Positions 38,600 through 48,395 of a DNA stretch of 64,000 bases are shown here, in pieces. The notes under the pieces were generated by a model. It was not told the DNA's origin. It saw only the letters and a program-made list of their open reading frames with translations, and did not search any database. A program made the position numbers and the translations under genes. Position 1 is the first letter of the stretch. The number at the start of each line of letters is the position of its first letter. This DNA comes from Hyphomicrobiaceae bacterium. Lineage in GTDB: Bacteria > Pseudomonadota > Alphaproteobacteria > Rhizobiales > Hyphomicrobiaceae. The stretch lies in contig CBDFGV010000003.1 in the NCBI GenBank assembly GCA_965247245.1, positions 3,218,609 to 3,282,608 on the forward strand. Direction: 5' to 3'.

Positions 38600-40162
38600 A
38601 TGAGCTGGCAGCCAGAGCTCGACGAACTGAAGCGTCGCGAAGCCTTTGCCCACGAGATGGGCGGCGCAGAAAAAGTCAAGCGCCAGCGCGATGGTGGACG
38701 CTTCACGGTTCGTGAGCGCATCGACAAGCTGGTTGATGAGAACTCGTTCCACGAAGTCGGCGCTGTGGCGGGCCTTGGCGAATATGATGACAACAATGAG
38801 CTTGAAAAGCTCACGCCATCCAACTGCGTTTTCGGCCGCGCCAAAATTGATGGCCGCCCCGTCGTCATTTCTGGCGATGATTTCACAGTTCGCGGTGGCT
38901 CAGCTGACGCAACCATTCCAGAAAAGAACATTGTCGCCGAACAGATGGCGGCACAGCTGCGGGTCCCAATCATTCGGGTTATCGAAGGTTCCGGAGGAGG
39001 CGGATCCGTCAAGACAATCGAAACGACCGGACGCGCCAACATACCCGGTGGCGTTGGGAAATCGACAATCGCCTATCAGCTGCTGGTTGACGCAATGGGG
39101 ACTGTACCTGTTGTTGGATTGGGCCTTGGTTCCGTCGCTGGTCTTGGCGCCGCACGGCTGGCCGGAACGCACTATTCCGTCATGACCAAAGAAACCTCGG
39201 CCATGTTTGTTGCCGGTCCTCCCGTCGTCGCACGCCTTGGTCAGGATTTATCCAAACAGGAACTCGGTGGCTGGGAAATTCAATGCAAGGCCGGCGCCGT
39301 CGATCATGCCGTCGACACGGAAGAAGACGCATTCGAGTGCGCGCGCAAATATCTCTCGTACCTGCCATCATCGATCTACTCTGTTTCCGATCGCGCAGAA
39401 AACGATGACCCGGTTGATCGTCGCGATGAACAATTGCTCTCAGCAATTCCGCGCAATCGTCGTCAAGTCTATCGCATGCGCCCCATCATCGAGACACTCT
39501 TCGACAAAGGCTCGTTCTTTGAGTTCGGCTCGATGTACGGTCGCTCGATCATCACCGGTTGGGCACGATTAAATGGACTGCCGGTTGGTGTCATCGCGTC
39601 GGATCCGTTCCACTATGGCGGTGCCTGGACCGCAGCGGCCTGTCAGAAGATCGTCCGGTTCGTCGATACCGCCGATACCTTCCAGATCCCCGTGGTCCAT
39701 CTCGCGGACTGCCCAGGCTTCTTAATCGGCCTCGAGGCAGAACAGTCAGCCGTCATCCGCAATGGCGTCCGTGCCATGGCAGCCGTCAACCAGTCCAGCA
39801 CCCCTTGGTGCACCATCATCATGCGCAACATATTTGGCGTCGCCGGGGTCTGTCATGCACCGTCGGGACGCTTTTCACTACGCTATGCCTGGCCATCCTC
39901 ATGGTGGGGTTCGTTGCCGTTGGAAGGCGGCATCGAAGCAGCCTACCGCGCCGACATCGACGCAGCAGACGATCCCAAAGCCAAGATGGCCGAGATCGAG
40001 GATCGTCTCAACAAACTGCGCTCGCCGTTTCGAACTGCCGAATCATTCTGGATCGAAGAGATCATTGATCCACGCGACACCCGGCGCCTACTGTGCGAGT
40101 TTGCTGACTACGCAGAACCGCTCAGAACACCGGGACCGCGCGCCTATATGATGCGGCCTTAA
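38600..40162 (+). CDS. Acyl-CoA carboxylase carboxyltransferase subunit (propionyl-/methylcrotonyl-CoA carboxylase beta-chain family)
   Basis: ORF 38513..40162. ATG at 38600 has AGGA upstream. Two crotonase-like CT domains (GGSADATIPE..., VVHLADCPGFLIG). No biotin-carboxylase or BCCP gene is adjacent. Confidence 0.85.
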   Translation: MSWQPELDELKRREAFAHEMGGAEKVKRQRDGGRFTVRERIDKLVDENSFHEVGAVAGLGEYDDNNELEKLTPSNCVFGRAKIDGRPVVISGDDFTVRGGSADATIPEKNIVAEQMAAQLRVPIIRVIEGSGGGGSVKTIETTGRANIPGGVGKSTIAYQLLVDAMGTVPVVGLGLGSVAGLGAARLAGTHYSVMTKETSAMFVAGPPVVARLGQDLSKQELGGWEIQCKAGAVDHAVDTEEDAFECARKYLSYLPSSIYSVSDRAENDDPVDRRDEQLLSAIPRNRRQVYRMRPIIETLFDKGSFFEFGSMYGRSIITGWARLNGLPVGVIASDPFHYGGAWTAAACQKIVRFVDTADTFQIPVVHLADCPGFLIGLEAEQSAVIRNGVRAMAAVNQSSTPWCTIIMRNIFGVAGVCHAPSGRFSLRYAWPSSWWGSLPLEGGIEAAYRADIDAADDPKAKMAEIEDRLNKLRSPFRTAESFWIEEIIDPRDTRRLLCEFADYAEPLRTPGPRAYMMRP

Positions 40163-40983
40163 CCATCGTCATCGAGGAGGTCCAACAGTAGTGCCAATGT
40201 CCGCTCCGGTGCTTCCAGCTGCGGTAGATGCCCGATACTTGGCAATGGGGTAAAGGTGGACTGCGGGATGAGTTGATGCAAAGACCTTCCACGCTCCAGC
40301 GGTATCCACGGATCATCCTCGCCCCAGACTACGTCCACAGGACAGCGGATTGCCTTGAACAACGGTTCCACCTCTGCCGTAAGTTTTTCATCGGCCTGTG
40401 CAAACTGGCGATAAAAACTACTGCTTCCGGCCTCGCTCAACCATGGTGAAACCAAAGCAGCCAAATCTTCGTCAGGAAGATCAGAGACAATTGCTCCACT
40501 GATGTACGCTTCAACGATCGCTTTGTGGATGTGTGGCGGCAGTCCAGAAAACGCGTCGATGTGACGACCAACATGATCAAAAAAATCAGAGCCCCAAGGT
40601 CGCATCGCGACGACATTCATAAGGATGAAGTGCTCAAACTCGCATTTATGCAAAAGGTGCGCGCGAAGCGTGGTCGCTCCACCCATGTCATGCGCAATCA
40701 CAGACGGTCTCTCAAGACGCCAATGTTCCAGCATCTCGACAAATATCTCGCCCTGCACATCCAGCGCCGTACGCTGCGCTGGATCTTTGCCTGATCGGCC
40801 ATAGCCGGGCATATCATACCAATGCACACGATAGCTCTGAGCCAGTTTGGGGATCACGCGATGCCAAGAGTACGACGACCACGGCCATCCATGCGCAAGA
40901 ACGAGATTGGGACCACTCCCTGCATAACCCGCAGTGACATTGCCTGCTGAGGTTAGGAAATTCTGATCAAGGTTCCAAGCCAT
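40159..40983 (-). CDS. Alpha/beta-hydrolase fold protein (haloalkane-dehalogenase / epoxide-hydrolase-like)
   Basis: HGWPWSSYSWHRV oxyanion region and a nucleophile elbow in a 274-aa a/b-hydrolase. 4-nt convergent overlap with the carboxyltransferase. Confidence 0.8.
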   Translation of the reverse strand: MAWNLDQNFLTSAGNVTAGYAGSGPNLVLAHGWPWSSYSWHRVIPKLAQSYRVHWYDMPGYGRSGKDPAQRTALDVQGEIFVEMLEHWRLERPSVIAHDMGGATTLRAHLLHKCEFEHFILMNVVAMRPWGSDFFDHVGRHIDAFSGLPPHIHKAIVEAYISGAIVSDLPDEDLAALVSPWLSEAGSSSFYRQFAQADEKLTAEVEPLFKAIRCPVDVVWGEDDPWIPLERGRSLHQLIPQSTFTPLPSIGHLPQLEAPERTLALLLDLLDDDG

Positions 40984-41075
40984 GGGGCCACCGATACAAA
41001 TTGGGGCTCAAACCCTACGATCTGGTAGCAACAATCGTTGCTTTCCAGTGAGCCAACAATCTCAAGAGACGACAC

Positions 41076-41495
41076 CTATTTCAACTTTAGCTTCTTGAAG
41101 ACTCCGCTGGTGTTCAGCAAGACCTGATTGCCGCTGGTCACCTGGCCACGCACAAAGGCGAGGCTGCGCGTGCGCCGTACCAGTTCACCTTTTGCCTCGA
41201 TGATTTCGCCAATGTTGCCCGCAGCGACAAACTCCGAGTTAAGCGAGATCGTGACGTAGCGGTCTTCCAGAACTTCCTTTGCGCTGGCCGCGAGAGCGAG
41301 ATCGATCATGGTCATCATCAGGCCACCGTGCAGAATACCCTGCCGATTGCAATGGCGTGCCTCGGCCTTGAGAACGAAATGATGACCACCATCCTCCGTT
41401 TGTTGCCAGAAGAATGGGCCGGAATGCATTTCAAACGGATCATCAGGATCGTAGAGGACAAAACCAGCGAGTGGCGACTCGGTTGTATCGGTCAT
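41076..41495 (-). CDS. Hotdog-fold thioesterase (PaaI-like)
   Basis: HGGLMMTMIDLA hotdog motif. ORF begins GTG-TTG-ATG and the ATG at 41495 was taken as start. Confidence 0.7.
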   Translation of the reverse strand: MTDTTESPLAGFVLYDPDDPFEMHSGPFFWQQTEDGGHHFVLKAEARHCNRQGILHGGLMMTMIDLALAASAKEVLEDRYVTISLNSEFVAAGNIGEIIEAKGELVRRTRSLAFVRGQVTSGNQVLLNTSGVFKKLKLK

Positions 41496-41612
41496 CAACA
41501 CATCATCCTTGCAAGAAAATAGCGCACGCAGTTGTCAGGAACTCACCGTCCGTTGCACACTGCGGGACAACTGGCAACCGCTTCAACAGATCCACCTCAA
41601 GGTATCCGATAG

Positions 41613-43238
41613 ATGGCAGCTGAACAGCGCAACATTCTCTTCATTATGTGCGACCAGTTGCGGTTCGACTATCTCAGCTGCACCGGCCACCCGCATCTCA
41701 AAACGCCGAACATCGATTGGCTGGCTTCGCGCGGCGTGCGCTACGATAAAGCGTACGTCCAGTCCCCTATCTGCGGTCCATCGCGGATGAGCTTCTACAC
41801 TGGCCGTTATGTGCGCTCTCATGGTTCAACCTGGAACGGCATCCCGTTGCGGGTCGGTGAAATGACCATGGGTGATCATCTCCGTGAACTTGGCGTGCGC
41901 ACCGCACTCTGCGGCAAGACCCATATGGAGGCTGACAAAGAAGGACTCAAACGCCTCGGCATCGATCCTGATTCAACCATTGGCGTCCTGCAGTCGGAAT
42001 GCGGATTTGAACCGTGGGATCGCCTCGACGGCCTGCATCCCGACGGATACGGTCACCCACCCTCGCACTACAACGATTATCTGCGGGGATTGCAGTTCGG
42101 TGGACCAAATCCCTGGGAGCAGTGGGCCAACTCGGGCGAAAGCGACGATGGCGAAATTCTTTCTGGCTGGCTGTTAGAACACGCAGACAAACCGGCCCGT
42201 GTTCCGGACGAACATTCAGAGACGCCATATTCAACCACACGCGCGATGGAATTCATCGATGAGGCCGGAGACCAATCGTGGTGCCTCCATCTGTCTTACA
42301 TCAAGCCGCACTGGCCCTACATCGTCCCGGCGCCCTATCACAACATGTATGGTCCGGAGCACGTCATCCCCGTCATCCGCAATGACGAAGAGCGGGCCAA
42401 TGCCCACCCGATCCTCCAAGCATACTATCAGCACCGCTTTTCAAAGGTGTTCGAACGTGATGGCGTACGCGAACACGTCATTCCTGCCTACATGGGTCTG
42501 ATCAAGCAAATCGATGATCAACTCGGACGCTTATGGAAATTCCTTCAGGAGCGCGGCCTCTTTGACAATACAATGATCGTATTTACGTCCGATCATGGCG
42601 ACTATCTCGGCGATCACTGGCTTGGCGAAAAGGAAATGTTCCACGAGATATCAGTCAAGATTCCGCTCATTGTTTATGACCCATCAAAAGAGGCCGATGC
42701 CACCCGCGGCCAGGTAAGCGACGCACTCATCGAGTCAATCGATCTCGTCCCCACATTTGTTGAATTTGCCGGCGGCGAGATCAGGACCAACATCCTTGAA
42801 GGTCAATCACTGCTGCCATCGCTCCGCAACACGGACTACAAGCATGATCGTGAAATCGTAATCTCCGAGTACGATTACTCAGTTCGTCGGGCCCGTCGCA
42901 TTCTCGATCAGCCGATACCGGATTGCAAACTCATCATGGCGTTTGATGGCCGCTGGAAATATGTCCATGTCGAAGGCATGGCACCGATGCTCTACGATCT
43001 TGAGACCGACCCAGACGAATTCAAAGATCTCGGCTGCGATCCAGCCTGTGAAGAACATAGACATCGCTTACGCGAAGCAATCTTTGAATGGTCGAGAAAA
43101 CCAAACGCGCGCGTCACTGCGACCGATGCTCAAATTGCAGCCCGTGCGGGAGGCGAGTTCAAACGCGGTATCCTCATTGGCTTCTGGGACGATGAAGATA
43201 TCGAGGAAGCCAAACGAGATGGCGAAAGCGGCAACTAG
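41613..43238 (+). CDS. Sulfatase (Cys-type, formylglycine-dependent family)
   Basis: N-terminal ILFIMCDQLRFD and the SPICGPSRMSFYTGRY C-x-P-x-R formylglycine motif. 541 aa alkaline-phosphatase superfamily. Confidence 0.88.
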   Translation: MAAEQRNILFIMCDQLRFDYLSCTGHPHLKTPNIDWLASRGVRYDKAYVQSPICGPSRMSFYTGRYVRSHGSTWNGIPLRVGEMTMGDHLRELGVRTALCGKTHMEADKEGLKRLGIDPDSTIGVLQSECGFEPWDRLDGLHPDGYGHPPSHYNDYLRGLQFGGPNPWEQWANSGESDDGEILSGWLLEHADKPARVPDEHSETPYSTTRAMEFIDEAGDQSWCLHLSYIKPHWPYIVPAPYHNMYGPEHVIPVIRNDEERANAHPILQAYYQHRFSKVFERDGVREHVIPAYMGLIKQIDDQLGRLWKFLQERGLFDNTMIVFTSDHGDYLGDHWLGEKEMFHEISVKIPLIVYDPSKEADATRGQVSDALIESIDLVPTFVEFAGGEIRTNILEGQSLLPSLRNTDYKHDREIVISEYDYSVRRARRILDQPIPDCKLIMAFDGRWKYVHVEGMAPMLYDLETDPDEFKDLGCDPACEEHRHRLREAIFEWSRKPNARVTATDAQIAARAGGEFKRGILIGFWDDEDIEEAKRDGESGN

Positions 43239-43286
43239 CTCGAATTGTAGCTAGAAGAAGATACTTGGTCTGGGAGGACACGTGGT

Positions 43287-44099
43287 ATGGCAGGACTAGG
43301 AGACAGCTGGCTCGGACTGGAAGGCAAAGTGGTTGCCGTAACCGGGGCAGGCAGCGGCATTGGTCGAGCCACCGCAGCTGAGTTTGCCAGTGTTGGTGCA
43401 AAAGTCGTTCTGCTCGATGTTAATCTTGAGGCATGTGAGTTGGCAGCCAAAGAGATTTCTGGAAGCAGCAACAGTGCGGAAACGGCTGCGTTTCAATGCG
43501 ACGTCACCGATGATGCAAGCGTCGACTCCGCCGCAAAAGAAGCACAGGGCGTCTTCGGCCAGATCGATGTCCTGATCAACAACGCCGGCATCCTCCGCCC
43601 TGGCACACTCGACACTATATCAGTCGACGACTGGGAAAAGTTGATGAACGTCAACGTAACCGGCTACCTGCGCTGCGCCCAGACCTTCGGACAATGCATG
43701 TTAGAACGCGGCAGCGGGTCTATCGTTCACGTTGCGTCCATTGCCGCCAGCGAGCCGCAAGCCAACAGTGGCGCCTATAGTCCCGGCAAGGCAGCCGTCG
43801 TCATGCTTTCGCGTCAGCTGGCCTACGAATGGGGACCGCGCGGCGTGCGTAGCAACTGTGTCAGCCCTGGCCTCGTGCGCACCGCCCTGAGCGAGGCATT
43901 CTATCAGGCACCGGGCGTTCTCGAAAAACGCGAAGCCATTGTCCCCATGCGCCGCGTTGCCAAGCCCGAGGATATCGCCGAGGCCGCCGTTTTCCTCGCA
44001 AGCACCAAGGCGAGCTACATCAACGGCCAGGAAATCTTGATCGACGGAGGTCTCTCACAGACCTTGATGGGTTTCGTCCCGAGACCAGGGTTTGAGTAA
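43287..44099 (+). CDS. SDR-family oxidoreductase
   Basis: VTGAGSGIGRATA Rossmann motif, NNAG, and a Ser...YxxxK catalytic tetrad region (YSPGKAAV). RBS GGGAGG. Confidence 0.85.
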   Translation: MAGLGDSWLGLEGKVVAVTGAGSGIGRATAAEFASVGAKVVLLDVNLEACELAAKEISGSSNSAETAAFQCDVTDDASVDSAAKEAQGVFGQIDVLINNAGILRPGTLDTISVDDWEKLMNVNVTGYLRCAQTFGQCMLERGSGSIVHVASIAASEPQANSGAYSPGKAAVVMLSRQLAYEWGPRGVRSNCVSPGLVRTALSEAFYQAPGVLEKREAIVPMRRVAKPEDIAEAAVFLASTKASYINGQEILIDGGLSQTLMGFVPRPGFE

Positions 44100-44105
44100 C
44101 CATCC

Positions 44106-44528
44106 ATGTTGAGTGCTGAACAAAGCTCGTTCCTCGATGCACATCCAGTGGCCCGGTTGGCGACAGCCGACGGGAACGGTGCACCTCATGTTATTCCGAT
44201 TTGCTATGTCGTGATTGAAGACACGCTTTATTTCGGCATTGACGAGAAACCGAAGAGCGCAAGCAGCAAGCCGCTGAAGAGAATCCGCAACCTCATCGAA
44301 AATCCGAAAGCTGCAGTTGTCGTTGATCGTTATGATGATGACTGGAGCCAACTCGGCTGGGTCATGATACGGGGCCCTGCCGAGATACTCGAAAACTGCG
44401 TCGAACAGGTTCGAGCCCACGAGGCCTTGCGCGTTCGCTACCCACAGTACAGAGAAATGTACCTGGAACCACTTCCGGTCGTCGCAATCCGTATCAAGCG
44501 GGTCGTAAGCTGGGGAAATCTCGATTGA
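44106..44528 (+). CDS. Pyridoxamine 5'-phosphate oxidase (PPOX-class, split-barrel) family protein
   Basis: 140 aa with HPVARLATADGNGAPHVIPICYV..., typical of PPOX-class flavin/F420-binding small proteins. Confidence 0.7.
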   Translation: MLSAEQSSFLDAHPVARLATADGNGAPHVIPICYVVIEDTLYFGIDEKPKSASSKPLKRIRNLIENPKAAVVVDRYDDDWSQLGWVMIRGPAEILENCVEQVRAHEALRVRYPQYREMYLEPLPVVAIRIKRVVSWGNLD

Positions 44529-44581
44529 ATAACTGTTCGATCGAAAATTGATCCACTGTTTGAATCGAACATTATGAGAGG

Positions 44582-45502
44582 ATGCGGCACCCCACTGATT
44601 TGGGTCATGCCCGGAACGGTAAATTTCCAAAGATGGCAAAACCAAAGAAGTCCACAAAATCACGAGCACTAACGGTGCGTCGCGGCGGTGAGGCTGACAA
44701 CCCAGTCTCGGAGCTGATCGTTGTTGTCCGCGGACAGCCAGTTATTCTCGCACCCGACCTCGCTCAACTCTACGGCACCACTACGAGTGCCGTGAACCAG
44801 TACCGCCGACGCAATGAAGATCGTTTTACCAGCGATTACGCATTCCAATTGACCCGCGAAGAGTGGGAACACTTGAAATCACAAGGCGTGATGTCAAATC
44901 GATCGCACGGTGGCCGCCGCGTGCGACCGTGGGCCTATACCGAACATGGCGTTGCCATGATGTCGATGGGAATGAAAAGCGATGATGCCGTCAGACTATC
45001 AAAAGTCGTTATCGATACATTCGTGAGATTCCGACGTGGCGAGCTACAGCCAGAGCCTACACTCCCAGGGCCGGAGGCAAAGAAGTTCCGCCGTCGCTTA
45101 CAAAAGAAAATATTCAAGCAGATGGAAAACCTGCTTGATACCAGCCTGCCGTCCAATCCGGACATCACACTGCGCGAAGAGCTTGGAAGCATCGCGACCA
45201 ACGCTATGGGCAGCATGAAGGCCGTAATTGCCAAACCGGCACAGCAAAGCGAGAAGATGTCGGCCGAGGTCACCAAAATCCTGGCTGAAGCCGAAAAGCT
45301 CTACGCCGAGACAAGAAAGCTAAAAGTAGAAGCCGATGCCATCGCCATGCAGAACTACCGTGATCGGTTGAGCCTACTACGAGAGCTGCGTGAAATGTCG
45401 ATGCAGCTAGAACGCGACGACTGGATTGATGCCTTTCAAGGTTCATTCGGTGAAGCTGAAAAACGCATTGCGCTGCCACAACCTGACGAAGAGCAGGAAT
45501 AG
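44582..45502 (+). CDS. ORF6N (KilA-N-like) domain protein with C-terminal coiled-coil; phage anti-repressor-like
   Basis: Central region VRGQPVILAPDLAQLYGTTTSAVNQYRRRNEDRFTSDYAFQLTREEWEHLKSQ...HGGRRVRPWAYTEHGVAMMSM matches the ORF6N domain consensus. An alternative start lies at 44633. Confidence 0.65.
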   Translation: MRHPTDLGHARNGKFPKMAKPKKSTKSRALTVRRGGEADNPVSELIVVVRGQPVILAPDLAQLYGTTTSAVNQYRRRNEDRFTSDYAFQLTREEWEHLKSQGVMSNRSHGGRRVRPWAYTEHGVAMMSMGMKSDDAVRLSKVVIDTFVRFRRGELQPEPTLPGPEAKKFRRRLQKKIFKQMENLLDTSLPSNPDITLREELGSIATNAMGSMKAVIAKPAQQSEKMSAEVTKILAEAEKLYAETRKLKVEADAIAMQNYRDRLSLLRELREMSMQLERDDWIDAFQGSFGEAEKRIALPQPDEEQE

Positions 45503-45643
45503 TCACCTGCCGCAAACTTGAAATCACAATCTGCCATTTCATTTGGAATTGTAGGCATACTCCCGACAGTACTCCTCTGGTCAAGACCGACCAAAAGGCT
45601 CATAGTCCAGTCGTGAGCCACAAAAATCGTTTGGAGGAAATCC

Positions 45644-46480
45644 ATGAAATTCGGTGTCTTCTACTTCCCAACCGACTACGGCATCCAGGTACCTGAACTG
45701 GCGGTCGAGCTCGAAAACCGCAATATCGAGTCTCTGTTCGTTTGCGAGCACACACACATCCCGACCAGCCGTAAATCGCCCTTTCCTGGTGGCGGCGAGC
45801 TACCAAAAAAGTATATTCACACACACGACCCGTTCATCGCCCTGTCGTTTGCTGCAGCACTGACCAAAAAGCTGCGCCTCGGCACGGGTATCTGCCTTGT
45901 GCCGCAACACGATCCAATCGTTCTGGCCAAAGTGATTGCCAGCCTCGACATGATGTCGGGCGGCCGCTTTGAATTCGGAATTGGTGGCGGCTGGAATGTC
46001 GATGAAATGAACAACCATGGCGTTGAGTACAAGACACGCTTCAAGCAGATGCGTGAGCATACGGAAGCCATGAAGGCCATCTGGACGCAAGACGAAGCCA
46101 GCTACCACGGCGAGTTCGTGAACTTCGACCCGATCTGGTCATACCCGAAACCGACGCAGAAGCCACATCCACCTATCCTGCTCGGCGGTGAGACGGACTA
46201 CACACTGAAGCGAATTGTCGAATACTGCGACGGTTGGATTCCGCGCGGCAACATGAACTTCGACCCCAAGGTCAGCCTGAAGCGCCTGCACGACATGGCC
46301 GACAAGCACGGTCGCGATCCGAAAGAGCTTTCGACCACGCTATTCCGTGGACCAACCACCAAGCAGGAACTCGATGCCTGCCGCGAAGCCGGCGTCGATC
46401 GCGTACTCTATGAGGTACCTGACGGCACGCGGGACGATGCACTCAAAGCCCTCGATGATGTCGTCGAACTGATGAGCTGA
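45644..46480 (+). CDS. LLM-class flavin/F420-dependent oxidoreductase (luciferase-like)
   Basis: MKFGVFYFPTDYG... TIM-barrel LLM blocks. Length 278 aa, typical of the F420-dependent subgroup. Confidence 0.75.
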   Translation: MKFGVFYFPTDYGIQVPELAVELENRNIESLFVCEHTHIPTSRKSPFPGGGELPKKYIHTHDPFIALSFAAALTKKLRLGTGICLVPQHDPIVLAKVIASLDMMSGGRFEFGIGGGWNVDEMNNHGVEYKTRFKQMREHTEAMKAIWTQDEASYHGEFVNFDPIWSYPKPTQKPHPPILLGGETDYTLKRIVEYCDGWIPRGNMNFDPKVSLKRLHDMADKHGRDPKELSTTLFRGPTTKQELDACREAGVDRVLYEVPDGTRDDALKALDDVVELMS

Positions 46481-46514
46481 GCCAGTCGATCCAAGCTCAA
46501 CGATAAGGCTACTT

Positions 46515-46555
46515 GTCCGCGCCGAGAAACATCCAAGGCGCGGACTTTCTTTTTC
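46515..46555 (+). terminator. Rho-independent terminator (GTCCGCGCC-loop-GGCGCGGAC followed by TTTCTTTTT)
   Basis: 9-bp perfect stem with a T-run, 35 nt after the LLM stop. Sits between convergent genes. Confidence 0.55.
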
Positions 46556-46568
46556 GGATCCCTCATCC

Positions 46569-48179
46569 TCAAATCTCAGCAGCTAGGCCATCGCCAGACG
46601 GATCGGCGCCGCCATCTAACTTGCCATCTACGAGGCGGATTGCGTGAACAATTGGGCTCATATAGCTCTGACCATGCCGCTTCGTCGGATACCCTCTGGC
46701 CTGCAGTGCGCGTTCCGTTGAACGTAAGATGCGGTTGGTCAGCTCGATCGTATTCGAAGTCGTGATGAAGCGAGGCGCATAGACCGCCTCCTGTGCGCTC
46801 ATACCGAATTCAACAACGTTCAATATCGCGAGCAAATTACCCATCGTAATGGTTGTCCCGCCCGGCGATCCGACAATGAAGAACGGTTTGTCGTCCTTGA
46901 ACACCATCGTCGGAGAAAGTGCCGTGAACCGGGCCTTCCCGGGAGCCAGTGAGCCGGCTCGGCCTGGTCGCGGATCAAACACCATCATGCAATTGTTGTA
47001 CATGAAGCCCAGGCCATCGGTAACAACGCCCGAGCTTGATCCCAGTGAGTGGGTCATGGTCACACAGTTACCGGCCCGATCCGCCACGCAGATGTGGGTG
47101 GTTTCTTTGCTCTCCGCTCCGCCTTGGTTCAATCGCGGAACGTCGGTCTTCTCACCGCGCTTGATACGATCCGCCATACCGGCGGCGTACTCCTTCGATG
47201 TCAGTTCCTCCATTGGAATGTCAAAAAAGTTCGGGTCGCCCATGCGGGTATCTTTGTCGACGGTGGCGATCTTCATCGCCTCAGAAACCGTGGCGATGTA
47301 ATCCGGTGAATTGTGCCCCATGGCCGCAAGATCAAAGTTCTCAAGAATGTTGAGCATCACCACAATCATAAGGCCGCCGCCCGGCGGTTGATTGGTGGCA
47401 ACGCGATAGCCTCGATAGGTGGTCCATAGAGGTTCGGTTTCAACCGTAGCGCAGGCGGCGAGATCCTCCATTCGGATCAGACCACCGTTGGCACGCATAT
47501 CAGCATCGATCTGCTGCGCGATCTCACCTTCGTAGAAGTCCTGCGCACCGTACTCCGCAAGCCGACGATAGGTTGCTGCCATATCAGGATTGCGAAAGCT
47601 TTCGCCGACGTCGAACAGACTACCGTCCGGTTTGACATAGATCTTCGCAGTTGCGGGGCAATCAGTCAGGCCGCGGATCCGCGCGATACGACCATTTTCA
47701 GCCCCGCGGGTCCAAAATCCATGCACACTTGGACGAACTGGAAACCCATCTTCGCAATAGGCTATAGCGGGCTGAAACAATTCTGCCAGAGAACGCGTAC
47801 CAAACCGCGTCGCGGCCTCATCGAATGCCTTGAGCGACATTGGCGTGGTCATCGATTGATAACCGACCTCATTGACCTCACCCTTGAGCACAAAGCCAAA
47901 GCCATCATCGCACTCACGAACAATCAGGTCCTGCCACATGTCAGCCTTGGAGGCGAGTGGCGCTCGGCCATGAAAGTCAATCAACGTATGGACACCCTGG
48001 TCGCCCAGATAGAGATGCATTGAACCAAACCCGGCGATCCCGCACATCTGGGGATCAACAGCCGTCTGGACCAATGCCGCGCCAATCGCAGCGTCAACGA
48101 CATTGCCGCCATCCTTAAGAATATCCAGCCCAGCCTCCACGGCTTCCGGTTGCGGAGCTGAAACCATTCCATGTGTCAT
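46569..48179 (-). CDS. ggt: Gamma-glutamyltransferase
   Basis: 536 aa Ntn-hydrolase. The conserved autoprocessing/active-site Thr lies in TTHICVADRAGNCVTMTHSLGSSSG and the N-terminal is MTHGMVSAPQPEAVEAG. Confidence 0.88.
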   Translation of the reverse strand: MTHGMVSAPQPEAVEAGLDILKDGGNVVDAAIGAALVQTAVDPQMCGIAGFGSMHLYLGDQGVHTLIDFHGRAPLASKADMWQDLIVRECDDGFGFVLKGEVNEVGYQSMTTPMSLKAFDEAATRFGTRSLAELFQPAIAYCEDGFPVRPSVHGFWTRGAENGRIARIRGLTDCPATAKIYVKPDGSLFDVGESFRNPDMAATYRRLAEYGAQDFYEGEIAQQIDADMRANGGLIRMEDLAACATVETEPLWTTYRGYRVATNQPPGGGLMIVVMLNILENFDLAAMGHNSPDYIATVSEAMKIATVDKDTRMGDPNFFDIPMEELTSKEYAAGMADRIKRGEKTDVPRLNQGGAESKETTHICVADRAGNCVTMTHSLGSSSGVVTDGLGFMYNNCMMVFDPRPGRAGSLAPGKARFTALSPTMVFKDDKPFFIVGSPGGTTITMGNLLAILNVVEFGMSAQEAVYAPRFITTSNTIELTNRILRSTERALQARGYPTKRHGQSYMSPIVHAIRLVDGKLDGGADPSGDGLAAEI

Positions 48180-48395
48180 GAGGCTTTACCTGTTTGAAGG
48201 ACTGAACACGTCTAATGAGGAGCATCAATCCAATTCTAGGAGATTGCAACTCGCATGGAGATATCCGGTGTTTAACGCCGACCGATCGCAATAGACAGCT
48301 TGCAATGCGGGACAAATCAGCAACTTCACTTGACTATCCCAACGGGCAGCGTATTGCAGCGGCCAACGCATCCATCACACGAAGGGATGTCTGCC

